This document shows positions 15,302 to 29,234 of a stretch of 64,000 nt of DNA, one piece after another. Under the pieces are notes generated by a model. It saw nothing but the letters and a program-made list of their open reading frames with translations. It searched no databases and was not told the origin of the DNA. The position numbers were made by a program, and so were the translations under genes. This DNA is from Octopus vulgaris (lineage: Eukaryota). The stretch's first letter is position 1. Each line of letters opens with the position of its first letter. Where the stretch lies: positions 25,296,001-25,360,000 of the forward strand of contig OX597821.1 of NCBI GenBank assembly GCA_951406725.2, in the 5' to 3' direction.

Positions 15302-15654
15302 CCGCATACACATTCCATGGATATGTGTACAAGCATGCATGTCATTGCATATATGAATCTGTACATTTTGACATAGATATGTACGTACATATAAATATTT
15401 TTTATGTCTATATATGTGTATATTTACTTATTTCATGATAAAGTTCTTGAATGTTTAATGTATTTTCACAGCTCTATTCATGGTATGTAATTGCAATTTT
15501 GTATTTAGCCGTGACTTTCTGGATTTGGGACGCCTAGATTCTCCAAATTTGTACTCAGACACTTATTTACATAACAAGTATCCCATTAAGTATAACTGGA
15601 ATTATAACCGAGTATGTCGTTTCTAACTGGTATACATATGTATATGCATGTATG

Positions 15655-16039
15655 TGGAAGCACTCCGTCGGTTACGACGACGAGGGTTCCGGTTGATCCG
15701 ATCAACGGAACAGCCTGCTCGTGAAATTAACGTGTAAGTGGCTGAGCACTCCACAGACACATGTACCCTTAACGTAGTTCTCGGGGATATTCAGCGTGAC
15801 ACAGAGAGTGACAAGGCCGGCCCTTTGAAATAAAGGTACAACAGAAACAGGAAGTAAGAGTGAGAGAAAGTTATGGTGAAAGAGTACAGCAGGGATCACC
15901 ACCATCCCCTGCCGGAGCCTCGTGGTGCTTTTAGGTGTTTTCGCTCAATAAACACTCACAACGCCCGGTCTGGGAATCGAAACCGCGATCCTACGACCGT
16001 GAGTCCACTGCCCTAACCACTGGGCCATTGCGCCTCCAC
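15655..16039 (-). mobile_element. tRNA-Arg-like SINE family 3 (octopus OR-like; Deu/Nin-like 3' domain)
   Basis: Head GGAGGCGCAATGGCCCAGTGGTTAGGGCAG...GTTTCGATTCC; 4 near-identical copies in window. Confidence 0.9.
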
Positions 16040-16090
16040 ATGTGTGTATGTATGCAGTTATGTATGTATATCGTATATGTATACATATAC

Positions 16091-16162
<72 letters not shown>

Positions 16163-16189
16163 AATATATATATATACTTTCTCTACGAA

Positions 16190-16360
16190 ATCGAGATTGC
16201 CTGTACAGGTGCACGGTGCGCCACGTATCAGATGTTGAAGCGAGTGCAGGGTAACGTAAGAAGTGCTTTTACTTGAGAACACCTCGAGTTTGCCCAGTCC
16301 GGGAATCGAAACCACGATCTCACGATTGTAAGTGTAACACTCTAACCACTAAGCCACGAG
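16190..16360 (-). mobile_element. Old tRNA-derived SINE fragment (same family as 62655-62900)
   Basis: GTGGCTTAGTGGTTAGAGTG...GGTTTCGATTCC head; CGTGG...GTGCACCTGT body shared. Confidence 0.6.
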
Positions 16361-16541
16361 GGGTCACTCACTCACTCTCTCTCTCACTTTTCTCTCTGTC
16401 TTTCTTTGTCTGTCTGTCTGTCTCTCTCTCTCCCTCTTCCTTTGTATATATATCTACGTATGTTTATATGTGTGTGTGTATTTCTATGTCTGTATTACTA
16501 AATTAGTTAAGTAGTTTGGATTAATACCAATATACATAGGT

Positions 16542-16597
<56 letters not shown>

Positions 16598-17039
16598 ACA
16601 CACACAAATATGCACATGCACACTCGTGGAGGCACTAATGTTTATTCGCACCTAAACAGACCTTTTGACATATTTCACCAACCCTTCGCCACTTTCCCAT
16701 GAACTTAATTCACATATAAATAAATAAATCCATTTAAAGGTATGTAAGAGTTATTTATGTATGTTTATGTATGTTATCTCTGTTTCTATACATACTGCAC
16801 TGTGTTTGATCAAAGATCTGGGTCAAACATAACTAAGAAGAGAGTTGTGTAAAGCTATTACTAATCCATCTAGTCGGAGCAGATCAGAAGTGGAGAATCG
16901 ATCTTCTGTCCCGATGTAACAAATGAAGATGTCGTTGTGACACCCATTGAAAAGTTAACCAGGGTGGAGTTTATACTTTACCAGGGTACTGAATTCGAGG
17001 AATTTGATTGTTATTATTTACTTGCCTACAACCAAATCG

Positions 17040-17382
17040 ACACCCCGTTTCTCTCTCTCTCTTTCTTTTCTGATCTCGCGTCCAGTCTTTTCGTTTCTCT
17101 CTCTCTCTCTCTCTTTCTCTTTCTCTCTCTCTGTCTTTTCCGATTTCTTTCTAAGTATTTCTCCCTCTCTCTCCCTTTCTCCCTTTTTCCTAATCACTCT
17201 CTAATTCTCTCTCTCTTTCTCTCTCTTTCCCTCTCTCTTTCCTGGTCTCCCTTCCAGTCTTTCTGTCTCTCCCTCTCTCTTTCTGTCTTTACCAATCTTT
17301 CTCTAACTCTCTCTCTCTCTCTCTCTCTCTAACTCTCTCTCCACCCTCTCTCTAACCCTCTCTTCCCCCTCTTTCGCTCTCT
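17040..17382. repeat. Degenerate (CT)n polypyrimidine tract
   Basis: Direct reading. Confidence 0.95.
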
Positions 17383-17773
17383 CAGACGAAGAGCAAGGGC
17401 TCAAAATATAATCCCCACTCCATATATTAAACTAAGAGAGTTCTTCCAGAAAATTTCCTATTGTAATCGAAGAGTTGGGGAATGGAGGTCGGAGGAAGAA
17501 CTTGCATAGAGTGAGAGGGGAGGGGGAGAGGGAAGATAGAGGGGACCAACTAATCCGTAGGTATCGAACTTACATTGTTTGTGTCACAGGTACGGCTCCT
17601 CCAGATCTTAACACTTAACGAGTATACACAGCGGCGTTTTACATGTAGCTATTAGAGCAAGTTATAAACAAGGGCAATCCATGATGTGAACGATATGGAA
17701 AGGTGGTTTAAACAAACGGGCTACATACTCATAGGGCAAACTGCTAATTCACAGTTGTTCATTTAAATCAGTT

Positions 17774-18002
17774 GTGGAAGCACATGGCCTAATGGTTAGA
17801 GCAGCGGACTCGCGGTCGAGGGATCGCGGGTTCGAATCTCAGACCGGGCGATGTGTGTGTTTATGAGCAAAACACCTAAGCTCCACGCGGCTCCGGCAGA
17901 AGGTAATGGCGAACTTCTGTTGACTCTTTCGCCACAACTTTCTCTCACTCTTTCCTCCTGCATCTTGCAGCTCACCTGCGACGGACCGGCGTCCCATCCA
18001 GT
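17774..18002 (+). mobile_element. tRNA-Arg-like SINE family 4 (V-domain-like CCTGCGACGGACCGGCGTCCC), 3' truncated
   Basis: Matches the full copy at 56845-57146. Confidence 0.85.
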
Positions 18003-18215
18003 TGCTTGCTTTTTCCACTGTAGCCTGGCTATCACTAATGGTGGTATTTACTTTACAATGAATTGGGCCTAACGATAACAACATGTATGTATGTATGTAT
18101 GTATGTATGTATGTATGTATGTATGTATGTATGTATGTATGTATGTATGTATGTATGTATGTATGTATGTATGTATGTATGTATGTATGTATGTATGTAT
18201 GTATGTATGTATGTA

Positions 18216-18314
<99 letters not shown>

Positions 18315-18489
18315 ATGTATGTATGTATGTATGTATGCATGTATGTATATGTATGTATGTATGTATGTATGTATGCATGCATGCATGCATGCATGTATGT
18401 ATGTATGTATGTATGTATGCATGTATGTATGTACGTACGTACGTACGTACATACGTACGTATGTATGTATATATGTACGTATGTATGTA

Positions 18490-18992
18490 CTACCTGTTGC
18501 ATGGTCAGGTCGTCGGCGACTAAACCGGCAACCCCACCAAGCTCGCTTGGTAAGGAGGGTGTTTATTGGTCACCCTGCGGGATGAAAAACAAAACCCGTC
18601 AAAGGGCGGAAGAACTCTTGAGAGTTCTTAATAAATGTCTTAAAGCTGTATCATGCGCGGAGACATAGAAATAATCGGATTGAATACCCGATCGCGCAGT
18701 TAAACCATTGGGAGTGAAGGACTCCTAGCCTTTGCCAGGGCATCCTTCTAGGAGAAGGCAACTCAGGTAACTGGGATAACTCCGACAAAAAACCTGCGGC
18801 TCAGTGGTTACCGATGATGTTGACTTGTTCTTCTTTTCGAATTATGGCTGCTGTTGCTTAGTGAGTGGGATTGACTCAGTGCACAGCCTTTCCTCACTTA
18901 AAAAAATATCTTCTTGCACAGGCATTGCACGATAACAACATTGATTAAGCTTCGTGCAATGGCCATACTCGATAACGTGTGGGCAGCCACCA
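18490..18992 (+). mobile_element. Probable RTE-type LINE 5' UTR or derived element
   Basis: GGCATCCTTCTAGGAGAAGGCAACTC resembles recalled RTE 5'-UTR motifs; GC-richer block between microsatellites. Confidence 0.4.
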
Positions 18993-19124
18993 TGTATGTA
19001 TGTAGGTATGCAGGTATGTATGTATGTATATATGTATGTATGCATGCAGGTATGCATGCATGCATGCATTTATGTATGTATATCTATGTATACACACACA
19101 CACACGCACACACACACACATATA

Positions 19125-19526
19125 GGTAATCTTTCAGTATATGTTGTTTAAAAGAGTAAATAAAAATTAAAGGGAAAATAACAAGGGGAGATCAATAATT
19201 CAACTTACTGTTAAACAACGTAGACATTGGCTATAGCCACCAAAAAGTGAACAAAAGTCGTTTTCTTTGGTACAGAATTCCTCCACGTAAACTCGTGCAA
19301 ATATGAAACCTTTGCCAATATATTGTCTGACGTCCCAAACTGACGTCGTAATTTTCTTTTTACTCGCATCCACTCGTATGGACGTCGTTAGTTGTCGGAT
19401 CTACGAAGTTCTTCCGATGCACAATCACTTCGTGAGTGTACATACCGTTATTTAGGTATGAGAACCTAATTATTTCCCCTTTAAATTTTATTTATTTTCT
19501 TAAACACCGTATACTGAAAGATTACC
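19125..19526 (-). mobile_element. Merlin (IS1016/ISXO2-like) DNA transposon, internally deleted
   Basis: TIR GGTAATCTTTCAGTATA (17 bp perfect, about 27 bp imperfect); minus strand HEVIVHRKNFVDP...HT / KRKLRRQFGTS...YLHEFTWRN. Confidence 0.88.
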
Positions 19527-19609
19527 ATATATACATACATTTTTTCATATTTCTTTTTTTTTCATTTTCATCTGTGGCCATGCTGGGGCACCGCCATATA
19601 TACAAATGT

Positions 19610-19983
19610 ATGGAAGCACTCCGTCGGTTACGACGACGAGGGTTCCGGTTGATCCGATCAACGGAACAGCCTGCTCGTGAAATTAACGTGTAAGTGGCTG
19701 AGCACTCCACAGACACGTGTACCCTTAACGCAGTCCTGGGGGATATTCAGCGTGACACAGAGAGTGACAAGGCCGGCCCTTTGAAATACAGGTACAACAG
19801 AAACAGGAAACAGAAACAGTGAGAGAAAGTTGTGGTGAAAAAGTACAGCAGGGATCACCACCATCGTGGAGCTTTTAGGTGTTTTCGCTCAATAAACACT
19901 CACAACGCCCGGTCTGGGAATCGAAACCGCGATCCTATGACCGCGAGTCCGCTGCCCTAACCACTGGGCCATTGCGCCTCCAC
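19610..19983 (-). mobile_element. Family 3 SINE
   Basis: Near-identical to 15655-16039. Confidence 0.9.
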
Positions 19984-20037
19984 ACAAATGTATATAAATA
20001 TACACATATATATGAGTAGACAGATAGATAGATAGAT

Positions 20038-20069
<32 letters not shown>

Positions 20070-20546
20070 TGGGGGAGATAATCGAATACGATGCTAGACT
20101 AGTACTTTATTTATCTACCCTAAATGGCTGAAAAGCAAATTCGACTCCGGTAAAATCTGGTCTCAGAGTGAGTCTCGCTTAACGTTTTATTTTCTTTTTG
20201 TCTTTTCTCGGTAGACCTCATTACTAGATTGAGGTTAGAGGTGTCACGGATTTCTAAATGTTACGGTTTTCTTTATCAAAGTTTAATACTCAAAACAACA
20301 GCAATGTACTAAAACGTTCTTTTGATCACTTTAAAGTATATAACCAAATACGTGCCTATAAACAAAAATGGACAAAGATTCTAATCATTCAACTTTTATT
20401 TAACGATCGTCACTTCAGATACAATTTTTATGCGTCTACCGTCTGGAGATATAACTCCTTTAGGTACGGCATTACTTAAAAATATAAAATATACAATGAA
20501 AAGTGAAATAAAGAATGGGATAGTAATTAACAAATACATATTAATA

Positions 20547-20943
20547 CTAGCAGTATCGCCCGGCGTTGCTCGGGTTTGTAAGGGAAATAACTATATAAGC
20601 ATTTGTAGAGAGTTATAGCCAAAAAATAGCAAAAAAATGCATTAAAAATGGAAAAAAAATGATGGTAATTTTTTTTTAAATCGTTGACTCATCGTAGACA
20701 TTTTTAGAGAGTCACTTCCTTTATATAATAGCGAAAAAAATGCATTAAAATGGAAAAGAATGATGGTAATTTTTTTTTTAATCGTAGACTCATCGTAGAC
20801 GTGCGCTAATACCCAGAAGGGCTCGATATGAATCACGACTATAAGATACCCGGTTTTGGTTAAACTGCACCGCAGAATGTGGGAGTAGTTAGGAATCTAA
20901 ATCGTAGGAGACAGACACACAACTTGACTTTTATATATAAAGA
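20547..20943 (-). mobile_element. Non-autonomous Helitron
   Basis: Minus strand starts TC(TTTATATATAAA), ends with hairpin CCCG-AGCAACGC-CGGG then CTAG, inserted between A and T; internal duplication of about 70 bp. Confidence 0.85.
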
Positions 20944-21341
20944 TATAGTTGTGAAGCAACATTTCTTTCATGTTTATTAAACCATTTAAAATATTCGTAT
21001 TAGTCTTACTTTCTTGGGTGTTACTAACCGCAAAATGCTTCAGTTTCAATTTTCTTTTCAGCAAGTTTCTTTTCAGCCAACCTTTTAGACGTGCTATCAT
21101 ATATATATATATATTTATATATATACTAAATTGGGTCAAATTCGCATAAATGCAAAGAAAGTTTCACCATTAAAGAATTTAATTCTTTAAAGGTGCGTCA
21201 TACAACAGAGTGGGCTTTGAATGTAATCAAAGCCTACATTTTTACGTATTGCTAAGTATCACGTGTGTGCTCGAGATACAATCGCCATGGAAAATTATAA
21301 CAAACTAGTCCAGTAGATAATGTTCTAGTAGCTTTTCATAG

Positions 21342-21723
21342 TGGAGGCGCAATGGCCCAGTGGTTAGGGCAGTGGACTCGCGGTCATAGGATCGCGGTTT
21401 CGATTCCCAAACCGGGCGTTGTGAGTGTTTATTGAGCGAAAACACCTAAAGCTCCACGAGGCTCCGGCAGGGGATGGTGGTGATCCCTGCTGTACTCTTT
21501 CACCACAACTTTCTCTCACTCTTACTTCCTGTTTCTGTTGTACCTGTATTTCAAAGGGCCGGCCTTGTCACTCTCTGTGTCACGCTGAATATCCCCGAGA
21601 ACTACGTTAAGGGGTACACGTGTCTGTGGAGTGCTCAGCCACTTACATGTTAATTTCACGAGCAGGCTGTTCCGTTGATTCGGATCAACCGGAACCCTCG
21701 TCGTAACCGACAGAGTGCTTCCA
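21342..21723 (+). mobile_element. Family 3 SINE
   Basis: Full length; TSD AGTAGCTTTTCATA. Confidence 0.92.
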
Positions 21724-21838
21724 TCCATCCAGTAGCTTTTCATACTTTAAATGTCTCCAGCTTGATCTACCCAGATTTAACAAGGAGGTATAGTTACATT
21801 TAAAGGCTACTTTTTTTTTGTTTTTATTCTAGACTTAC

Positions 21839-21942
21839 CTTTTAGGAATTGAGTAAGTCTTTGGATTGTGAGATTAAACCTATGGTAAATGACTTCTAGC
21901 AGTTGCATGACGAGAAATGAAAACGACCACGATGAAGATTGT
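21839..21942 (-). other. Candidate exon of unidentified minus-strand transcript
   Basis: Donor AAG|GTAAGT; acceptor TTTTACTCTAG (alternative acceptor gives start 21996); open frame QSSSWSFSFLVMQLLEVIYHRFNLTIQRLTQFLK. Confidence 0.35.
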
Positions 21943-22099
21943 CTAGAGTAAAATTTATCCAGCTTTCATTAGCAAACTTCCTGGCTTTTAAAGAGCCTAT
22001 ACAAAATGGTCATCTGCAGGTTATTGAACCAATATACCAACTTGGAATTATTGAATTAAATTTGATAAATGAGGATTTCATGGCGATAGAACAGCACCA

Positions 22100-22523
22100 G
22101 GATCTTTTCGGTTTGAACGGCAGTTTTTAAAAATAATTTCCAAGTAACTAAACACTTTTAAACTTCGTATACTGGTAGAATGTGTTTATAAAACAGCTTT
22201 TTCTCTTGGCTTTATTGAGAAAATTCTATAGTTTGTAAGATATTTGTTGTTGTTTTTCTTCAATTTCTGCAATTTCAACCAATCAGTGACGTCTATTGAG
22301 GTAAAAAAACATTCTGTGCCGTATGAATATGTCCCTCGTTTAAGAAACAAATTGGGTTTATTTACATTTGTGAAGAAAAACAGATACCCTTCCCCCACCC
22401 CTAACCCTAACCCTAACCCTAAAACAGATTGAAATGCAATAGATCGATACTAGGGTCATAATTATGGGTGACAATTTCATATGACACCGCTAGGAAAAAC
22501 TGCCGTCCAAACGGAAAAGATCC
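22100..22523. mobile_element. Non-autonomous TIR element with internal (CCCTAA)n (MuDR-like, superfamily uncertain)
   Basis: About 29-bp TIRs GGATCTTTTCGGTTTGAACGGCAGTTTTT; 8-bp TSD CAGCACCA/TAGCACCA. Confidence 0.85.
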
Positions 22524-22777
22524 TAGCACCATGCTGAAGATGAAAAGGATGAAAATGAGGTTGCAGAACCAGCACGAGATTTTAATAACTAAAGATCTAT
22601 CTGAAATGATAGCAGCATAAGCCATTCAAAACACGCAAAGATTGTTTATTTCACTTAAATATTTATTTCTGATGTCAAAATGTTTGTCCCAACCGCGACC
22701 CGTTCATTGATGTGATTCCACCGCATAAATAACAATGTGTAACACGATTTTTGTCCGTGTGTAGCAACTGTTATTTT

Positions 22778-23170
22778 CTATTTGCTTACCCCATCGAAAG
22801 TATGGAAAATGGCTATTTCCATCAAACTTTGCTTTTCTGAGATTTATTCAACCCCACACTCAAATTCCTCTCAACACATGACTATGATGCTCCACCCCCT
22901 ACTGCAGCTCATTATCAGAGGGGCACGTATTATCAGCCACTAGGGGACAATCTCAAGTGGATATGGTCAAGCAACTGACAAGCAAATCTATGGTATCAAG
23001 CAGAATATTTACTATAGTGATATTTCTGCTTCAGCAACTCAGCGCTTAATCTGTCTGAAATGTAATGGAAAATAGGTCAGTTTCAAAAGATTGATGTCTA
23101 GGTCACAAAAGCAAGGTCTGAAAGGAATGGTAATCATTTCTTTTGAATTCTAGATAGAAGCAAATAGGAA
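22778..23170 (+). repeat. Unclassified interspersed repeat (second copy at 53860-54610)
   Basis: Colinear similarity between the two loci. Confidence 0.75.
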
Positions 23171-23686
23171 AAGACATAAAAATAGAATAAAATTTTTGTT
23201 ACATTATACAGTGATAATCAGGTCGCAGTTGGTGCAACGAAAATGTCGACGCCAAAAATATATATCTATGTTAAGTTAAGTGAATCCGTGTGATTTTAAA
23301 TAGCTAATATGCGTTTTCCAAGATGCAATCGTTTTAGCTTCAACACATGTTTGGTTCTCAGATCAAATTACTTGCCAGGCAAGTACACCTCCTAATTTCC
23401 GATTAGTCTGAAACTTTCTCCTTTTTAGATTAATCTATGGCCATTTTCACTTTGAAGATAATAAAATTCAAAAGCAAACAAGATAATAACGAGTTGAGGC
23501 AACTGCTACAAGGAACTTAAGACAGAAATAAAAGATCGACAACAAATCTTGGACATGTCTTTTAAATAAATAATCATCTTCTGGATATCATTTATCTTCC
23601 TCAAATATACGATCGCAACGGCCACCACTACTACACACCCCATTTTCGCATTCCAACATCACCACAACCGCTACCACCACCACCAT

Positions 23687-23718
<32 letters not shown>

Positions 23719-23719
23719 C

Positions 23720-24758
23720 TTATTTCTTTATTACCTACAAGGGGCTAAACACAGAGGGGATAAACAAGGACAGACATAGGTATTAAGTCGATTACATCGA
23801 CCCCAGTGCGTAACTGGTACTTTATTTATCGACCCCGAAAGGATGAAAGGCAAAGTCGACCTCGGCGGAATTTGAACTCACAACGTAACGCAGAAGAAAT
23901 ACCTATTTCTTTATTACCCACAAGGGGCTAAACACAGAGGGGACAAATAAGGACAGACATAGGTATTAAGTCGATTACATCGACCCCAGTGCGTAACTGG
24001 TACTTAATTTATCGACCCCGAAAGGATGAAAGGCAAAGTCGACCTCGGCGGAATTTGAACTCACAACGTAACGGCAGCCGAAATACCGCTAAGCATTTCG
24101 CCCGGCGTGCTAACGTTTCTGCCAGCTCGCCGCCTTACAACAATACTGACATCTCTTCTACTTCCACTGTCACAGCCGCCACCCCACTTCCACTTTGCAC
24201 TTGTCAGTCTGTCTGTCTGTCTTTTTATACACCTATTTCTTTATTACCCACAAGGGGCTAAACACAGAGGGGACAAACAAGGACAGACATAGGTATTAAG
24301 TCGATTATATCGATCCCAGTGCGTAACTGGTACTTAATTTATCGACCCCGAAAGGATGAAAGGCAAAGTCGACCTTGGCGGAATTTGAACTCACAACGTA
24401 ACGCAGACGAAATACCTATTTCTTTATTTATATATTTCTTTACTACCCACAAGGGGCTAAACACAGAGGGGACAAACAAGGACAGACAAACGGATTAAGT
24501 CGATTACATCGACCCCAGTGAACTGGTACTTTAATTTATCGACCCCGAAAGGATGAAAGGCAAAGTCGACCTCGGCGGAATTTGAACTCATAACGTAACG
24601 CAGACGAAATACCGCTAAGCATTTCGCCCGGCGTGCTAACGTTTCTGCCAGCTCGCCGCCTTACAACAATACTGACATCTCTTCTACTTCCACTGTCACA
24701 GCCGCCACCCCACTTCCACTTTGCACTTGTCAGTCTGTCTGTCTGTCTTTTTATACAC
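23720..24758 (-). mobile_element. Tandemly duplicated dimeric family 2 SINE
   Basis: Two (full + 5'-truncated) dimers, each followed by the same flank of about 100 bp (ACAACAATACTGACATC...). Confidence 0.9.
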
Positions 24759-26099
24759 CGCTCGCTTTATATGTCCCTGACATGTCTTCGGACGAAACCA
24801 AATGTATTTGGTCGGGCTCATTGTCTTTAATAAAACGCACATAGATACATTCATACACATATACACAATGCCTTTATACATACAAACATACTCACATACA
24901 TATGTATGTATACATACACACATTCATACACACATTTTTACATATACATTAATATTTGTGTACATAGATACACACACACACACACACACACACATACACA
25001 CACACACACGCGCACACAGCGTTTCATGTTAGAATGCTATCAACATGGCAGAAAAAGCGGAAATGTCTCCCAAAACCGGAAACGTCTAAATAGCAATGGA
25101 GAGAATTTGCGAGCAAAATCCCAGCTTTCTTTTTCTTGCAATTGAATATATTTTACTAATATAAACAAACCGAGACAGTCACATTTTTCAGAGACTCCTT
25201 ATTTCTATTCTGAACCACAAATATCGCCCGCCACATACATATTCAGAGGGGGAAAATTATTGTTAAAGAATGAAGCGAGTCGTCAAATCATGCGGTTTTG
25301 TATGAAGGGTCCTTTGGATAGGAGGTGGGGTTTATTGTTAATTTTGTTCTTTAACTTCTTAGACTAATTTGGTCACGTCTTCCAAAGAAGGTTTTTTCAT
25401 TGAAGTATTAGATGAACACTCTAATGACCTGATGACCTGGTAAATGAGTCGTACCTGACACCCTTCATTTGACCTCTGAGTCGATTGACTATGAATAGAG
25501 TGTCGACGTCACGTCTTTATGGAGGCGTTGAGTAAACTATTAATTACAAAAAGACTACACTACAATATTGGTATCAACTTAGTACATATTCTCCGACTTT
25601 TTCTCTTTCATTGAAATAGTAATAGATCTCATTTTTCTCTCAATTTATGAACTGCATTCTCTTACTTATAAAAAAAGAATGCGATAATACTACTCTTGAT
25701 ACACTGCCAATCTAGTATGTTTGTTAATATCAAGCAAGGGAGGGGACTATGTGAACTCGTTGATAGAAGTAGAAATCAATGAAATTCCCTCAAATCATAT
25801 TCTACGCCTTAAAAAGGAATAAACTGGCGCAGGCATGTCTATATAGTGAGAACTTGCTTGCTTCTCACCCATATGGTTTCAGGTTCAAGGTGCTCACTGC
25901 GTGGCACCTTCGACAAGTGTCTTCTACCATAACCCACGGACGTCAAAGCTTTGGCGTTCATGGGCTACCGTAAAAGACGATACTAAGAGACGCTTGTCAT
26001 GTGTGTGTGTGTATGTGTGTGTGTGTGTGTGTATACACACACACACATATATATATACACACACACACACACACATACACACATATATATAATACACAT

Positions 26100-26175
<76 letters not shown>

Positions 26176-27617
26176 GCCCAGTCTACCTAGCTTTATGTGG
26201 GTGTCATAGTATTCTCTAAAGCACAGTATCCATGGTCAAAACGCTATATTGCAAATAATACCACAAATGAATTTCTGTCCGTTTCGGCAAAGATCGAAGT
26301 ATTTTGTTCAGTTGTTCATTGCATTAAAGTGTAAGTGACTGAATATTCTATAGACATATGTATCCTTAACAATAACTGGGGCGGAATCAGCATAACATAG
26401 TGTAACAAGGGTTAACCATTAAATTTGCGGGGACAACCCATCCGACAAGCTTCCAAGTAGTTTTCGCTTACCCACACAGATTTGATCGACTAAAAGCTCT
26501 GTGAAATAACAATCTAACTTCTTTTTTTTTCAATTTCACAGCGCATTCCAGAGGACTATACCATAATTTGTTGGCACTTAGTTGTAGTTAAATAGACCGG
26601 CTGTTGATAGAGAAATAACTTGCTGATATGGTAGAAAACGAATAGCTAAATTAAAATATAAAAATTTAATTTGATAGTATATAAGGAATAAAAATGCTTC
26701 GAAGTTAAATAATTCCAAGTTGCCATCTAAATCCCTGTTTACCCAGTAATCCCCGCCATCCCCACCAAGTAAGCTTCAAAATTTATGGGTATTACTCTCC
26801 TTTTTCAAATTAACAAAATAGAAAACGACAGATATATGCAAAAAAATCTTTGGTTTTTCTTGGAAGTCTCCGGTAGTCGTCATATTGAAGTAAGCTAAGT
26901 TGTTGACCTCTCTTAGATAATACAACGAAATACAGTAATACTATTTTCTTTTCGCAAGATATATAATCTAATGCTGGCCTGTCGTAGCTAGTCTATTTGT
27001 GTGGAACGTTGAAGGTTACAGCTGTTTATTTAAGAAATCGATCAGATCTGTATTTCCCAGACTATTGTCAATCAAACTGGCATTCAAGAAATTCTTGACT
27101 GACATAAAGTGACAAAATGGCTAGCAATTCATCCAGGGCTGGCGAAGCCGGTAAACAGCTCTGAACAGCCAATTCTAAATTGAATTCTTTCAACAATATT
27201 CGACTAAACTTGTTTGTAAATACAATCTACAACGGCCTTGTTGTGGTAATATGGAGACCGACTCACGTTTATTGACTTAACACTTATTAATCTTGTCAAG
27301 TTGTTCAACTCAAGTCATATTCTGTTATCTCAAGCGGCCTAACATATCAGAGGTTTGTGGGATGTGTCACTTTGTACATATGCTGGTCAATGCTACACGC
27401 TAAATGTTTCCGCGCGCGCGCGTGTGTGTGAATGAATGCATGTATGTGTGATGGAGGTGCACAATAAATTCTTTGAGAACATTACACAATTACACGGTTA
27501 GTTTCATAATGCGCCCATCAAGGAAGAAGAAATATTCATTAATAATTCAGTGTAATATAAATCTGTCTCTGTTATTACGCATACGTTCGGTATCTTGTTC
27601 TTTGTGTATAGAGTGTA

Positions 27618-27690
<73 letters not shown>

Positions 27691-27694
27691 TGTA

Positions 27695-27737
<43 letters not shown>

Positions 27738-27811
27738 GCGTGTCCACAAAACAAATATTGCACACCTTTTATAAAACTGTGATTCATTAGAAAACATTTA
27801 AGTCTGCTTAC

Positions 27812-27978
27812 AGACTTTGCTTTTCATAGAACTCTCTTTCATACTTCATGAGTGTAGCCTCACCTCCTAGGATGTTTGGAAAACTCATATGTGTTTTGGC
27901 TGATGAATACAGGACACTCGTATTTGCTGCAATATTTGCAGCTTTAAATAAATCTGTTCTTCGTATGAAACAATTGTA
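27812..27978 (-). other. Candidate exon
   Basis: Acceptor TTGTTCAG (alternative start 27953), donor CT|GTAAGC; 55 open codons YNCFIRRTDLFKAANIAANTSVLYSSAKTHMSFPNILGGEATLMKYEREFYEKQS. Confidence 0.35.
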
Positions 27979-28014
27979 CTGAACAACTAATCCATTCTTG
28001 TTGCTTTTTTCTTG

Positions 28015-28094
<80 letters not shown>

Positions 28095-28438
28095 ATATAT
28101 ATGATTCTTTTTAACATTGACACTCTTTTCCTCTCTTATCATTACCATTCTTGATTTCGCTTATCTTTCATATCTCTCAACCCAACAAAGTAAAAAAAAA
28201 GCTGTACCCTATTCTGTAACAGCTGCAAAGCACCACAGTTGTAATCTCCAATCAACATTGGCTGCACGACATGAAACAATTTATTTTGCCATCTCAGGAC
28301 TGACACGAAATCTTGCCATTTCAGCTTCTCTTCCACTCTATCGTCTGCATTTAATGAATTCCTGTTTTAGCTTCGTCAATTGCTGCACATTCCTTATTTC
28401 CGTTTCCACACACACTGCGATACGCGCGCAGACGCACG

Positions 28439-28469
<31 letters not shown>

Positions 28470-28577
28470 ACAGGCATTTCTCACTCCCCCCTTTTTATCA
28501 TTTGTTCATATCAATTATTGATATACATGTACATATATACGTGTATGTATATATATGTGCATGTATGTATGTATATA

Positions 28578-28636
<59 letters not shown>

Positions 28637-28857
28637 ATACACACACATACATATATATACACACACGTACACACACGCACGGACACACACACACACGCGC
28701 ATACACACACAAACACACACACACAGAGTTCAAATTTACAAAAAACAAAAGACGAAGGCAAGTGAAAGAACAAGCTCCAAGTGTATTAGTTTAACGCTCG
28801 TGAATAATGTATGTATGTATGTATGCATGTATGTATGTATGTATGTATGTGTGTATG

Positions 28858-28888
<31 letters not shown>

Positions 28889-29234
28889 GTATGTATGTAT
28901 GTATGCATGTATGTATGTATGTATTATGTATGTATGCATGCATGCATGTAGGTATGTATGTATGCATTATGTATGTATGTATGTATGTATGTATGTATGC
29001 ATGTATGAGTGTGTGCATACATACTTAAATACGTACGTACATATATGCATACATATAGACATACATATATACATGCATTTATGTGTATGTGCATATATAT
29101 TTGAGTGTGTGTGTGTATATATATGTATACATTCATATACACACACACATGTATGTATGCATGTATGTACGTACGTATGTATGTATGTATGTATATACGA
29201 ATGTATGTATGTATATATATGTATATATGCTCCT

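Noticed and set aside
18505-18565. Twister-like CCAAGC...GAGGG in the RTE-like leader
   Set aside because: Required P4 loop and pseudoknots not satisfied
21342-21420. tRNA-Arg-like sequence as a tRNA gene (also 16039, 17774, 56165)
   Set aside because: No intact acceptor stem; continues into a SINE body, with TSDs at several copies
23720-24758. Repeat-spacer pattern suggestive of a CRISPR array
   Set aside because: Units are about 200-bp SINEs in a eukaryotic context, with no cas genes
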